Part shown: positions 34,229 through 46,952 of the stretch, in pieces
Numbering within the stretch: position 1 is the first letter of the stretch
How the letters are laid out: every line of letters begins with the position of its first letter
Made by a program: the position numbers and the translations under genes
Source: Raillietiella orientalis
Taxonomy: Eukaryota
Length of the DNA stretch: 64,000 nt
Reading direction: 5' to 3'
NCBI GenBank assembly: GCA_036172245.1
Contig: JAYWIR010000001.1
Coordinates: 7,998,001 to 8,062,000, forward strand
Notes under the pieces: model-generated
The model's input: the letters and a program-made list of their open reading frames with translations, nothing else
Databases searched by the model: none
What the model was told of the DNA's origin: nothing

Positions 34229-37200
34229 TAGCAACTTGGCGTCCGTATTCACGATCGTGATCGGACGCCAGTTCTTTAAATCCCTAAGGTCTCCCCCTTT
34301 CGGAAGGAGCCTCACTCTGGCTGACCGAAACGAGGCGGGAACATCACCTTCGTCTCGGATCAGCCTGATCAACTTAAGCAGCAGGGGTGCCAGCTCTTCC
34401 GCGAAGCTCTGAAAGAACTCCGCGGGCAAGCCGTCTTCCCCTGGAGCTTTACGCCTTTTGAGCCTTTTGATACGGGCGATAATTTCGCCGGTGGTAAAAG
34501 GCTCGTCGAGGCTTTCCATCTCCTCCTCCCCTATTGCCGGGGCGCCATCCGGAAGCAAGCGCCGAGAGGCGTTTCGATCCGGGGGCTCCCTGGCGTAAAG
34601 GGAGGAATAAAAACTCCGCAAGAGATGCCGTACCGACGCCGGGGAAGAACATTCCCGGCCCTGGTCGTCCAGCAAGCTGTCCGACCCGGATTGCCAGGCT
34701 TGGCGTTCGGCCCCGGCGCGGTACTCGGCCAGGCGACGGACATTAGGGGTTCTCTCGTACCTACGAGCCTGTAAATAGGCCCGATGGTTGCGAGCAGCCT
34801 CGCCGAATCCGGGGGGCAGGCGATCCAGGGGGAACTGCTCACAGAACTCGCGGACCGATTCCTTAAAAAGGTCCCAGTCCTGGAGATTCCGGAGCGTGAC
34901 ACCTCTCAGGTATTCGCGAAGGTATTCCTTCGCACCTGAGAGTCGCGTCCAGTCCCCCGGCAGACGCCAATCCCTGGATGGCGGTCCCTTGTCACGAGGC
35001 CGCATCTCGAAAATTAACCGCGAATGGTCCGACAACGTCGACGCAACCCTCCCCCGTTTGCCGACCCGTGAACACAGGTCAGCGTCGAGGAAGACGTGGT
35101 CGATGCTGCGGACCATTCCCCTCTCACCCGCGAACAAGTTGCGCGCACGCATGGCGGCGCACAACTCGTTCATCGCGTTCTCTTGTGTTTCTGGCTCACC
35201 TGATAGCAGACGGAGATTGGAATCTCCCGCTATCAGGTGAGCCTTCCGCACGTTCGTGTCCGCCAGCCAGTCGCGCTTCAGGGAATCCAGCAGCCTGGTA
35301 CGGTCGCTGTATCCCTGTTTACCACTGGGGGCGTACACATTCGTGACGATCAATTCGATCGAGTCGGACCAGCTGAGAATCAGCTGACCGACCCGACCGT
35401 CGTTATCGAAGCGCACGCCCTTCACGGCCGCGTCGATGGACGGCTTCACGAAGAACGCGACTCCGCAGGTGTTACGGAGGCCGCACCGCCAATACAGCCG
35501 ACCCCCCGCGATCGTTTCGATCTCCTGGGCGTCTGCCGCGGTGATCACGTGGATCTCCTGCAGCAGGGCCAGGTCGAGCTCACGCAGGGTGTCGGCCGTA
35601 TCTCGCCTGTTACCGTCGTCGCGCAGTCCGTTGACGTTCCAACAGGCGGCGCGAATCCGACGGCGACTGGCGAGCCCAGGTGTTATTCCTGGGAAGATGG
35701 CGATGCGGCGTCCGCCACCTGCTGGGGCGGGACGCTAGGTGGAGGAGGAGGGTCAGGCGCTGCGTGCACCTGGTCCCCCTCCTCCATGGGTAACGGCGCG
35801 TCGAGGGGGTCACCCTTGAGTGGGGTGGCGCCTACCTGTTGGCCCTCCTCCATGGGGGCGGGCTGTTCAGGCTCGGCGACTGCAGGGAGGACTTCGCCCC
35901 CCTGCTCACCCTCCTCCATGGGGGTGGCCGGCTCGAAGGCTTCCGCGCGTGGGAGTTCCCCCTCCGGGATTCCCACGCTACCGCTACCTTCCTGCTTCTC
36001 CTCCTCGCTGGTGGAGGGGAGGCGCCTCCTGGGTTTCTGGGACTTGCGTCCCGACTTCCTGGGGGTGCCTCCGAGGAGGAGGATGCACTTCCGGCCCCCA
36101 GGTCCGACTCACCTGTGGGGGCCTTTTTCGCGGGAGCCGGCCTTCGCACGGCCTTGCGTGAGGGGTTCTCACGCTCCGCCAGCGTGGCCGCGAGCTCCTC
36201 CGCCGCCTTTGCGAACGCGGCGTCCGCAGTGTCGACCGGCGCGTCGCGCGGCTCACCCTCTGTGTAAACAGAGGGTTTGCCGTCGCGAACCTCGGGCGCG
36301 GCGGAAACGGCGAGGGAATTCTCGTCGCCCCGGGTGGCAATCTCGGGAACGGCTATGCGCTCCAGTGCTACCGTACACTCCCGCATGGTCTTAGAGCGCG
36401 GCCCAGGTTTTTTCGCCTTGCCGGCTGTCTTTTTTACCGCTTTTGCGGGTTCCGCGGGGGGCACCGTTTTCTCCTTCCTGGCCTTGACCAGCTGCCAGCC
36501 GTCTTGGACTCCCGCGTCTTCGGAGGGTTTTTCTTCCGACGCCTGTGTGGGAGGAACAGGGGCTAGCGGCTGCTGCCGGCCAGTATCTCTTTTTGGTCTT
36601 TCGACCAGTTTACTGCGTTTTGCCTGTGCTTTTTTTGCAGCAGGCGGCACCGGAGTGGGGTGTTTAGGGCATGCGCGGCGTACGTGGCCCTTCTCCCCGC
36701 ATAAGTGGCACACAATGTTTGCGCACCGCTTGCGCAAGTGTCCTACTGCATTGCAGTAGCCACAAAAGCGGGGTTTCCCCACGTACCAGAGGTCTACGAC
36801 TTCGCCATTGACCTCTAGTTTGTGGGGAAGCCCACTGTCGTTCACCGTCACGCGCGCGGCGGCCTGCCCTCCGAAAAGGCTATCGTAGCCATCGAAGATT
36901 GTGGCCTTTGGCCAAAGCGCGTGAACATCCCCGTACTTTCTTAACTGATCACCAACCGCAGACCGCGTCATGCGGCTGGTGATCCCTGTCAGATGGACCA
37001 CTACGGAGCGGTCCATCGTGACTGGTAGGATCTTGCGTCCGTTCACGTTCAGCGGGGTGGTTATCAAGCTTTGCGCCAAGGTGATGTCCTTGCAGACAAC
37101 CTCAACGCGCTGACCCCCGCTTAGCACGGATAGACCGTCAAGGTCCTTTTCTAACACGTTGGCGTTCTGCAGCGCTTTCGAAAAAGCGCGTGCAGTTCGC

Positions 37201-37526
37201 CCGTCAAAGAGATTGCCTACCTGGTAAACCAAGCTGGGCTTGTACCCAGCTGCCCGGTAGGCCGCCATCTCGGCCATGGTTTCCGCGCTCGGCGCGGCCA
37301 CCATGGCGCTCCAGCTCCTCGCCTTGAGCGGCAAGGGCGATTCCGGGGCGGACGCCCCTGATTCTGTAGGCTGTGGGGGTGGGCAAGCCTCCCCCACACC
37401 TACCTCCATCGTGGTGTCCTCAGGCATCGCTGCCATCGGACACCAACGATGTTCCACACCAAACAACACAAGAAAAAACCGCTTCCTGTCGACTCACTCG
37501 GGAGCGAAGGAAAAACACGTCCACTC
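34229..37526 (-). mobile_element. Subfamily F copy 3, proximal half (5' end, ORF1, APE, start of RT), cut by A2 at DAKL
   Basis: 5' gagtggacgtgttttt at 37526; ORF1 37436-35683 with one frameshift near 36065; ORF2 open from 35683 to NTDAKLL at ~34230. Confidence 0.92.
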
Positions 37527-39560
37527 GCCAAGGGATTCGGCGACGGGGCTCGCAACGAACGCGCGTATTTGCACGCGCGTCATCACGAGAGGAACCCCAA
37601 TGTCCGTCGCCTGGCCGAATACCGCGCCGGAGCCGAGCGACAAGCTAGGTAATCAGGGTCAGCCAGCATGCTGGATGACCTGGGCCGGGAACGTTCGTCC
37701 CCGCCTGCGGTACGGAATCCCGTGCGGTGTTTTTATTCCTCCCTTTACGCCAAAACACCACCCGAACAAGACGCCTCGCGGCGATTGCTCATGAGTGGTT
37801 CCGTGGCGATAGGGGAGGAGGACAAAGAAAGCCTCGATGAGCCTTTCACGACCGGTGAAATTCTCGCCGGTATCAAAAGGCTCAAGAGGCGTAAGGCGCC
37901 AGGGGAGGACGGCTTGCCCGCGGAGTTCTTTCAGAGTTTCGCGGAAGAGCTGGCCCCCCTGGTGCTCGAGTTGACAAGGCGAATCCAAGACGAAGGCGAT
38001 GATCCCGCCTCGTTTCGGTCAGCCAGGGTGAGGCTCCTCCCGAAGGGAGGAGACCTCAGGAAACTTTGCAACTGGCGTCCGATCACGATTGTGAACACGG
38101 ACGCCAAGTTGATTGCCGGGCTGCGGGCGTCGCGATTGGGGCAGGTGTCCAATTCCATAATTAGCCCGGAGCAGACTTACGCTGTTCCCGGGCGAAGTAT
38201 GGAGGACAACCTCTTCTTCGCGAGCACATGGATGCACGCGCAGCGGAGTAATAAAGAAGGGAAAGGGAAAATTTGCAACCCTACTTTGGGGCCGCCAGTG
38301 GGACAGGGAAGGCACCCTCATGCGGGAAAGGGGGTTTTAGCGATCACAGTCGACCTCCATAAGGCATTCGACTGTGTTGACCAGGAACTCCTCTTGAAGC
38401 TCCTGGGTCGCATGGGCTTCCCACCTTCCTTGATTACCTACCTGCGCTCTTGCTGGCGGAACGCGATAATCTCGATTACTTTCAGTGGACAAAAGGTGTA
38501 TGGCGTGCCGGTGCGGCGGGGCATAAGGCAGGGCGACAGCCTCAGCCCCCTGCTTTTTAGCACCTACGCTGTGTTGGTGCTGAAAGCGTACAGGGTGACT
38601 TTGGCCCCCTTGCCGAGCTCGTGCCCCGGCACGCCAGCCGTAGCGGCGTATGCCGACGATCTTCTGCTCCTCTTACCTATGTCCACCCCGGCTAAGGCGG
38701 TCGGAGATTTCTTCGACCTGCTTAGCCGTGGGGCCGGATTACAGGTTAACAGGGCGAAGTCGTCAGTGTTGCCAGTTGGAGCGACGTGGGCAGGGCAGCA
38801 GGACTGGGTCCGTCTGGGGATCCCCACGGTGAGGTGCATGAAGTACCTCGGTGTGCCGTTGGGGGACTTCTCCCCTGCGGAAGCGTGGTCCAGCTGCCTC
38901 CAAAAAGTCGAGACGGCGATCGCCCCGTTCCTGGAAGGCAAGTTTCACTTGCCGGAACGGGCCGCGGTTTGCAACGCCTTCGCGGCCCCCATCCTCCGCC
39001 CCTTGCTTTTTGTTTGCCCCGCCTCCGTGGAATCAAAAAAGCGGACTAAGGACCTCCTCCGCATAGCTCTTTGGGGCAAGGGGAGGCCCCGAGTCCCTTT
39101 GAAAGACTTGTGCGCTCCGCGTCGGGACGGCGGTCTCAGCATCCTGACGCTGGAGCGCGTGGAAATCCAGCTGTGATGGCGGACCCTCGCCATCGCAGCG
39201 AAGATGTGGAGCACCGCTTGGTGCATTCCGGCCCGCCTCCTGGCCAGGCGTGTGTCCCGCTGCGAAGGACTCGCATCGTTTCTTCGGCATTCGATTGGAT
39301 GACCTGAAGTGGCCCCCGGTTCTACTTGGATCCAGGATTCTCCCCCTGGAGTGCCAAGGATCGGCGCTTCTGTGGCTGCATTGGGGTCTACCCTGCAACG
39401 CGCGCCGCTTCCACTGGACGCGGGGAAGAGTAAATCCTGCGTGTGCCAGGTATGGGGAGCTGGAGTCGCTTCCCCACCTCTTAGTTGAATGCCCTGCCGT
39501 CGGGATTCTTTGGGATCGTCTGAAAACGGCCCTCCGGATACCGGATGGTGGCAATGTTGA
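37527..39560 (+). mobile_element. F-related ORF2 fragment (I) starting at PKGFG, with an internal deletion
   Basis: ORF 37668..39176 holds a complete RT core (APGEDG, KAFD, QGDSLSP, YADD). Sequence jumps near 39285 to LKWPP...HWG; no 3' end. Confidence 0.88.
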
Positions 39561-40591
39561 ATGTATCTTCAGTCTTGTCTTCGTCGGCAGTCTTTTCCAA
39601 GAGCTCCTGTACCGAGTCCCTTTCCTGCTGCGCGACTTTTGTCGGAGCCGACGGCTAATCCCCTTTTGTGGAGTTTATCACTATTTTTGCCTTCCTTTCC
39701 TTCTTTTGCGGAAGTTCCGGCATTGGAGCGACGTTCTTCGGGCACACCACTTTGGTGTGGCCCTTCGCGCCGCACGTTGGGCAAACTGCGTCCGGGCACC
39801 GCTTTTTCAAATGCCCGAACGACTTACAGTTTCCACAAAATTTAGGTTTCCCCACAAACCAAATGTCGACGAACTCGTCGCCAATTTGGAGCTTGTGGGG
39901 AAGCTGTACGCTTTCTCGAAGCGTCACGCGCGCGCCTATTCGCCCACTAAATGCACCATTCACTCTGAAGGTGTTGGGCTTTCTCCACATCGCGAAAACG
40001 CTTGCGAATTTTTCGAGTTCAGCGCGGATGGCGTTCTTATCCATCCGCACTGTTGTCGTTGTTAGGTGGACCACAATGGAGTGGTCCACCGTGTGTGGGA
40101 GTAAATTCCTGCCCTCAAATTGTACGGGCGTGCAGAGCATCTTGTGGGTAAGAGCTGCATCCTTGCAGATGAGCTCCGCCAACTGCCCTCCGCTCCGTAT
40201 AGAGAGGCAAAGAATTTCATGGTCGGCAATGCCCATCTTTCTGATGGCATTGCCGAACTTTCGCGCCCTTAACGGGGAATATAAATTTCCTACCTTGTAC
40301 AGGAGGGCCGGATTGTAGCCCTCCTGGATGTAGGATTGGATTTCGGCGGCGACATCGGGCGTTTCCGCCGCTGCCACCGCGCTCCAGGCCCTCGCCGTAG
40401 TGGCGGGTTCAGAATTAGTGGTGGGGCGTGATCCCACCTCCATTGGCTTGGGAAACGCGGTCTTTCCGCCTCCCTCACCTGAAACTGCGGCGTTCACAGG
40501 CATTTCTGCCTGTCAGCGGCCGCGAAACACACACGAAACACCAGAAAAGAAAAACTCCCTATCCACGGAGCGCACAACAATTGCGTCCGCC
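39561..40591 (-). mobile_element. Subfamily J 5' fragment (5'UTR and ORF1 39655..40503)
   Basis: Variant 5' motif ggcggacgcaattgttgtgcgctcc; knuckles CGNCKSFGHLKKRC and CPTCGAKGHTKVVC. Confidence 0.82.
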
Positions 40592-41888
40592 GTACAACGC
40601 GCAGTCAAGCGCTCAACGCGCGCGGTGTTCTTTGCCCGCGGGCGCGTTTTTCCCGTATCGGGCGAACGACCGCATTCCGCGCCGCTCGTCGAGGCCTTGG
40701 TACGAGGCTTCGCGGTCGTGATGCCGACAGTACGAGGCTCTTTGACCTTCGGCACAATGTCTCCTGCATTCAACAATTGGCTGCGAGGTCTCGTAGAAAG
40801 GTCGCATTCTTCGCGAGCTTCCTTCAGGTCGATAGCCGGAGGCTTTGCCGCGACGAGTTTTTTTGTGTTTTTCACCCCTTCTTTGTGGGGGCGAGAAACA
40901 GTTGTCTGCACGTGCGTGGTCGCGGTTTTCGCAACGCTTTTCGGAGCTTTGATGTTTCTTTCTTTCGATTCGCGGCGATTATTCCGCAATGCGGAACGCG
41001 ATTCGTTCCTGCGCTTTTCGTTTTTTAAAAGGAGCTCCGGGCACGTTCCTTTAGTGTGCCCGTGCTCGTGGCAGTAAAAGGAAAGCGGCCGAGGGACACT
41101 TCGTAATGCGGTGACCCTCCTGCCCGCATTCCGCGCATACACGCGTTTGCCCGGCAAACCACAGGCGGACGGTCATTCCATCCACCTGCAGTCGCGTGGG
41201 CATTGCACGGCGATCCGTCAACGTCACTCGCACTGGCGCGAGCCCGCTGTGGTGGTCTTCGAACCCTTCAGCAGGGTTTGGCAGCCTCCAAAGCGCGTGG
41301 ACGGTAGCGTATTTTTCAAGGGCCTCCACGACCTGGAGGTCCGAAAGGCCCTTACACACTCCACTGAGACGGACAACGAACGACTGGTCCGTTGTGACAG
41401 GGAGTATTTCCTGCCCACGAATGCGCAGCGGCGTGTGCAGCAAACGCTGCGTAAGGAGAGCGTCCTTACTGGACACCTCCCAGTAGCCGCACCCACTCAT
41501 GGGCATGATGGACTTCAGTAGGCCTTTTTGAACTCCAATCCGTTGGAGTTCCTGGCCAAACTCGCGCCCAACCCGCTCAGGCATGAGGACACTTACCTTA
41601 TACCTGAGTGCAGGCGTGTAGCAATTTGATACATACGCCTGAAGCTCAGGGCTGTCGGGCGAAGGTCCCATCGTAGCCGCGAGGGCAGCGACCTGGGCGA
41701 ATATCCTCGCCGTCGGCGAGGACAGAGGCTCCTTACTAGCAGCCGAAGCAGCCATCTCAGGAGCAGGTGGCGTTCCCTTCTTGCGGCTGATGTTCTTCTT
41801 TGCTCCCATTGCAGCACAGAAGCACAGCAGAACAAAAACACACAAGAGCCAATCTACCGCGGAGCGACAAAAAAGCACGTCCGTACGC
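40592..41888 (-). mobile_element. Subfamily H 5' fragment (5'UTR and frameshifted ORF1)
   Basis: 5' tacggacgtgctttttt..cgctcc; CAECGQEGHRITKC, with the second knuckle frameshifted near 41075. Confidence 0.82.
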
Positions 41889-42286
41889 GACCGTCGCTGA
41901 TGCGTGAGACGGGAGATGTTCCCGCTTCTTTCCGCTCAGCAAACGTGCGGTTCCTGCCGAAAGGCGGGGATTTCCGCCATCTCAGCAACTGGCGTCCGAT
42001 CACCTTGGTGAATTCGGACGTCAAGTTGTTCTCCAAGCTATGGGTCGCGCGCATGGGGAGAATTTCGGAGTCCTTGGTAACTCCGGAGTAGACGTATGCT
42101 GTTCCGGTGCGGTCCAAGGACGCGAATCTCTTCTTCGCGCGAACATGGTTCGAGTTGCAGCGGCGCGTGGCGCAACAGAGCCAGACAGCCGAAATCGCCG
42201 CTGCCAAAGGTAAGCGGCGGTGTTCAAGGTACGATGGAACGCCGGGAGCCCTAGCGATCGCAGTCGATCTCCACAAGGCGTTCGAT
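41889..42286 (+). mobile_element. C/E-like RT fragment (K), bounded by H and B2 insertions
   Basis: MRETGDVPASFRSA, NWRPITLVNSDVKLF, and AVDLHKAFD at the right end. Confidence 0.85.
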
Positions 42287-44652
42287 TTTCACCCGGATTT
42301 CGCCGGGGCGTTTATTATAAAACAAACATTTACAAAGACGTGCAGTGGCTGGACCATTGCTCCAGCCACGCACGAAGAAACACAGAGCCTGCCGGGTCAC
42401 CGGTTCGCAGACCGTTACGGTCCACCACGGCAGCAGGGGGAAGGGGGAAAAACAAAAAAAAAAAAAACAAAACAAAACAAAAAAGAAAAAGAAAAGTTGG
42501 GAGGGTAAGGGAAGGGATCACAGTTGCTGGTGGGGCCGTTGCATCCTTTGCAGGATGCCGGCAAGCTCCTTCTGTATTCCTGGATCCAGGTGGGGCCATC
42601 GGGACGCCCTCCTCAGGAACTGGGAGGCTGGCTGGATGGCACCCTGGTCGCGTTGTCCTCCCGTAGCCTTGCTCCAAGCGGTGACGATCCCGCGTAGGCA
42701 GCACAAAGCTGCTAACGAGGCCGCTGGCCGAAGGGCGTCGGCAACGAAGAGGGCTTTCAGTGCGTCCCTGGGGTTGCGGCAGGGGATTCCGATGGCCGCG
42801 GCAAAGCGAAACCAAAGGGGCCGAAGGGCAACACAATCCACTAGCAGGTGGGGGAGGGACTCCCGTTCCCCACACCTGACGCAATTGGGGTCCACCGCTC
42901 CCCAGGTCCAGTGGTGTCGGCGGGCGTTGCAGGGGAGTCCCCAGTGCTGCAACAGGAGAGCCGACTCCTGCCATTTTAAGAAGAGGGCGGAAGTGTTCAT
43001 GAGCACCGGGGGCCACTTCAGATGTTCAATGGGAACATAGAGCAGCGCGCCCCAGCGCAGAAGTCCATTGGGAGGCGTACTCGGGGTCGCAGCGTCTGTT
43101 AACTGGCCCGTCTTCCACTCTCCTATCTTCTTCTCCTTTCCGGAGATTGTTACTGTAACCACCCACTTCGCCGCAACATCGCTGTCCAGATCTTCCATCA
43201 GGGAGGGCAGCGCAGCAGCGAGGGGGGTTCTTCCTGCCCACGCTCTCTTCTTTGGATCCTCCAGGATCTCGCGGAGCGTGCAACTTCTGTAACCCCCAAA
43301 CAGGAACCTTCGTTCCTGTTGGGAGCGTTGCATGCCGAACTGTCCCCACGTTCGAACGGTTTCCTGCAACCAGGCACTACCGTTCAACGGGCGACAGGTG
43401 AGCAATCCTGGGTTTTTCCGATACAGCGCAGCCATCCTCCGTAGCTGGAGTCAGCATCGGTTGACGCGGCGACGGAGTGCAAGAAACGACGTGAGTCCCG
43501 TCTTGCCGGTGGCTTGCTGGAGAAGGAGACGTGCAGGGACGCACCAACAGGTGCACCACAGCTCTGGAACGAGTGCCGACAAGCGGAACTGGAGCTGAAG
43601 CTCCAGCCGCTTCAGCGTCAGGAGGCCCAGACCACCATCCCGACGAGGAGCGCACAAGTCCTTTAAGCGGACTCGGGCCCTCCCGTTGCCCCAAAGGGCG
43701 ATACGGAGAAGGTCCTTCGTCCGCTTTTTGATCCTCTCTGTGGGGGGGCAAACAAAAAGCAGGGAGCGGAGGAGAGGAGCCGCGAACGTGTTCCAAACCG
43801 CGGCCCGTTCAGGCAGGAAAAACCTGCCGCCTCGGAACGGGCCGATAGCCGTCTCTACTTTTTGGAGGCAGCCGGACCACGCTTCCGCAGGGGAGTAGTC
43901 CCCCAACGGCACACCAAGGTACTTGAAGTACCTCACCGTGGGGATCCCCAAACGGACCCAGTCCTGCTGCCCTGCCCACGCCGCACCAACTGGCATCACG
44001 GACGACTTCGCCCTGTTCACCGTCAGTCCTGTTCCCCGACTCAGCAGGTCGAAGAACTCCTCGACCGCCGAAGCCGGGGTGGACATAGGGAGCAGCAGCA
44101 GAAGATCGTCCGCGTATGCCGAAACCGCAGGCGTACCGGGAAAATCGCACGGCAGGTGCGCCATAGTCTCCCTGTACGCTCTCAGCACCAATTCGAAATA
44201 GGCGCTGAAGAGCAGGGAGCTCAGGCTGTCTCCCTGCCGTATGCCGCGTCGCACCGGTACGCCGTACACGGTGGATCCACTAAAAAAAACATTAATAAGC
44301 GCGTCGCGCCAGCTGGAGCGCAGGTAGGCCAGCAAAGAGGCCGGGAAGCCCAAGCGTTCCAGAAGCTCCAAAAGGAGATTCTGGTCGACGCAATCGAATG
44401 CTTTATGCAAATGGACTGCGACCGCGAGAACTCCTCTCCCCTCCCGACCATACCGTCCCCCACCGACGGACGCACCGGAATTCCGGTTGCTTATTATGCT
44501 CCTTCCTTGTTGGAGCTCTAACCATGTGGAAGCGTGGAACAGGTTCGCCTCCATGCTCCGCCCGGGAACAGCATAAGTCTGTTCCGGGCTGATGAAGATG
44601 TTGGCAACCCGTCCCAGACGCTCTGCCCACATCTTGGCTATCAACTTGGCGT
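42287..44652 (-). mobile_element. Subfamily B copy 2, distal part; antisense in KAFD of K and cut by A3 at DAKL
   Basis: Same 3' end as B1 (42287-42317); RT with YADD; ORF 42518..43435 with CVRCGERESLPHLLVDC. Confidence 0.9.
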
Positions 44653-44740
44653 GCGGACGTGTTTTTTCCGCGCTCCTCTGCGCCTGTTGTAAAGCGTTCT
44701 TTTTCGGTAGTGGTTGTGTGTGGAGCATCTGCGGTGTCCA

Positions 44741-46762
44741 ATGGCAGAAATGCCTGAGGACACCGCGATGGAAGTCGGCGGGGGAGAGGATTGCTCCTCT
44801 CCCCAACCTATTGAGGTGGGGGCAATCGCCCCCACGGAGGAGAGAGAAACCGCTCCCTTGAAAAAGGGGGCAACCGCCTCTCCGGAAACGAAGGCTACTG
44901 CCACCTTGAAAAAGGGAGCAACCGTCCTCGTGCAAAAGGCCGCAACCGCCCCCTTGAAAAAGGGGACAACCGCCGCCTTGGAAAAGGGCGCAAACGCCTC
45001 CTTGAAAAAGGGGGCAACCGCGTCCTTGGATCCACCTGCTCCATGCACGAAGACCTGGAGCTCCGTGACTGCAGCGCCATCTCCTGCTGCCTTAGCAGAA
45101 CAACGGGCCTACGTGGAACAAGGATACAAGCCGTCCTTGATTTACAAGGTAGGAAACCTGTTTATAGGGAACACCGCTCGTAACTTTGAAAGGGAGTTAC
45201 AGCGGTTGGATGTCAAAGAGGAAGACCTGGAAGGTCTCTCCGTGATGAGTGGGGGCCAGCGGGTGGAGCTGACTTGCAAAAATGCAAGTCTGGCTCAACG
45301 CCTGCTGAACACTCCCATCACTCTGGAAGGCCGAAAGGTCTTCCCTCTAACGGAGGACCGCTCCATTGTTGCCCACCTTACGGGTGTAACTCTTCGCATG
45401 ACCAAAGCTGGCGTGCAAGAAGTGTTGCAAAAACATGGTACGGTGCACGCGCTCTGGACCAAGCCCAACGTCTTCCAAACGTACGGAAGACTGTTCAGTG
45501 GCATGGCTGCAGCGCGTGTGACGGTCTACGAAAACGGTGGGCTGCCCCACAAACTCGACGTCGGCAACGAGGTCGTCGACGTCTGGTACGTGGGCAAGCC
45601 CAAGTACTGTGGGCACTGTGATGCAACAGGGCACCTGAAAAAACGGTGCCCTCACATCCAGTGTTTTCACTGCGGGGAGAAGGGCCACCTCCGAAAAGTG
45701 TGCCCAAAGCGGGAACCTCCAGCGCCCTCTGCTTTGAAAAAAGGTAAGGGGAAACGCTCGGAGAAAACAAGCAAGACTACTGAAGCAAAGGAAAGGCCAA
45801 GCAAAAAGCCAGAGTCCGAAAGCTCCCAGCAAACGGCGGTCGAGAAAACTCCCGACGACGCTGGTGACAACGAGGACTGGCGGACAGCGAAGCCGAAAAG
45901 TGAAAAAATTCGAAAAACCGAAGAACCGACAGCGGAACCCGCGACAACTTCTCTAAATAGAAGGCAACGCCGCGCTTTGCTCCGCGAATGTTCGGTCTCT
46001 TTGGAGCGAGTGGAGATCCCCGAGACCTGCACCGGGGGAGATATCTCCCGCCTCGTTGACGCCGAAGCCGCGATCGAGGAAGGCGAACCCTCTGTGCAAA
46101 CAGATGGGGAGCCGAGCGACGCGCTCGCCGCAATCGAGGACGCCGCCTTCCAGCAGGCGGCGGAAGAGTTCGAGGCCGAACTCGCGGAGCGTGAGAACGG
46201 CGCGCGAAAGGCCTTGCGAAGGCCGGCCGCGAGCAAGGCACCTCGGACAGGTGACCACGAACCGGATGCCGGAAGTGCGTCCTCCTCCGCGGAGGCGCCT
46301 CCGAAGAAGACTGGACGGAAGTCCAAGAATCCCAAGAGGCGCATCCCGACAAAGAAGGAGGGGGACGCACCGGCATCCGAGGGAGAAGCCGGCAGCGTGG
46401 GAACGGAGGGAGGGATTTTCTCACCCTCCGCTACCGAGCAACTGGAGATCCCCATGGAGGAGGGGGATAAGGTGAGTGATTGCCGCCCCCTCCCAACGGT
46501 GGAACCTGTTCAGGAGATAGCCATGGAGGAGGGGGAGCAGACAGCTGACAACCGCTCGCCCCTGCCGTCCAACGCAGCCAACGAATCGGCCCCCATGGAA
46601 GAGGGGGAGCAGGTGCGTGAAACCCGCCCCCTTCAACCGTTGCGGTCCGCCGAGGAATCGGCCCCCATGGAGGAGGGAGAACCGGTGCGCGGTGATCCCG
46701 TTCCTCCATCCGTCCCGCCCGACCAGGTGGCGGGAGTCCCATTGCCACTTTCCCAGGAGTAA
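44741..46762 (+). CDS. ORF1 of A3 (673 aa), diverged variant
   Basis: Open frame, same length and knuckles as A1/A2. Confidence 0.9.
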   Translation: MAEMPEDTAMEVGGGEDCSSPQPIEVGAIAPTEERETAPLKKGATASPETKATATLKKGATVLVQKAATAPLKKGTTAALEKGANASLKKGATASLDPPAPCTKTWSSVTAAPSPAALAEQRAYVEQGYKPSLIYKVGNLFIGNTARNFERELQRLDVKEEDLEGLSVMSGGQRVELTCKNASLAQRLLNTPITLEGRKVFPLTEDRSIVAHLTGVTLRMTKAGVQEVLQKHGTVHALWTKPNVFQTYGRLFSGMAAARVTVYENGGLPHKLDVGNEVVDVWYVGKPKYCGHCDATGHLKKRCPHIQCFHCGEKGHLRKVCPKREPPAPSALKKGKGKRSEKTSKTTEAKERPSKKPESESSQQTAVEKTPDDAGDNEDWRTAKPKSEKIRKTEEPTAEPATTSLNRRQRRALLRECSVSLERVEIPETCTGGDISRLVDAEAAIEEGEPSVQTDGEPSDALAAIEDAAFQQAAEEFEAELAERENGARKALRRPAASKAPRTGDHEPDAGSASSSAEAPPKKTGRKSKNPKRRIPTKKEGDAPASEGEAGSVGTEGGIFSPSATEQLEIPMEEGDKVSDCRPLPTVEPVQEIAMEEGEQTADNRSPLPSNAANESAPMEEGEQVRETRPLQPLRSAEESAPMEEGEPVRGDPVPPSVPPDQVAGVPLPLSQE

Positions 46763-46952
46763 CACCTGGGCTCGCCTGTCGCCGTCGATTACGCGTGGCC
46801 TGCTGGAACGTGAACGGGCTGCGCGACGACGGCAACAGACGGGACACGGCCGCCACCCTGCGTGACTTCGACCTGGCACTCCTGCAGGAGATCCACGTGA
46901 TCACCGCGGAGAACGCCCAGGAGATCCAAAGGATCGCAGGGGAACGGTTGAT

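Noticed and set aside
42440-42500. A-rich or T-rich tracts as poly(A) tails or microsatellites
   Set aside because: They are internal U-rich 3'UTR segments well upstream of the true termini.
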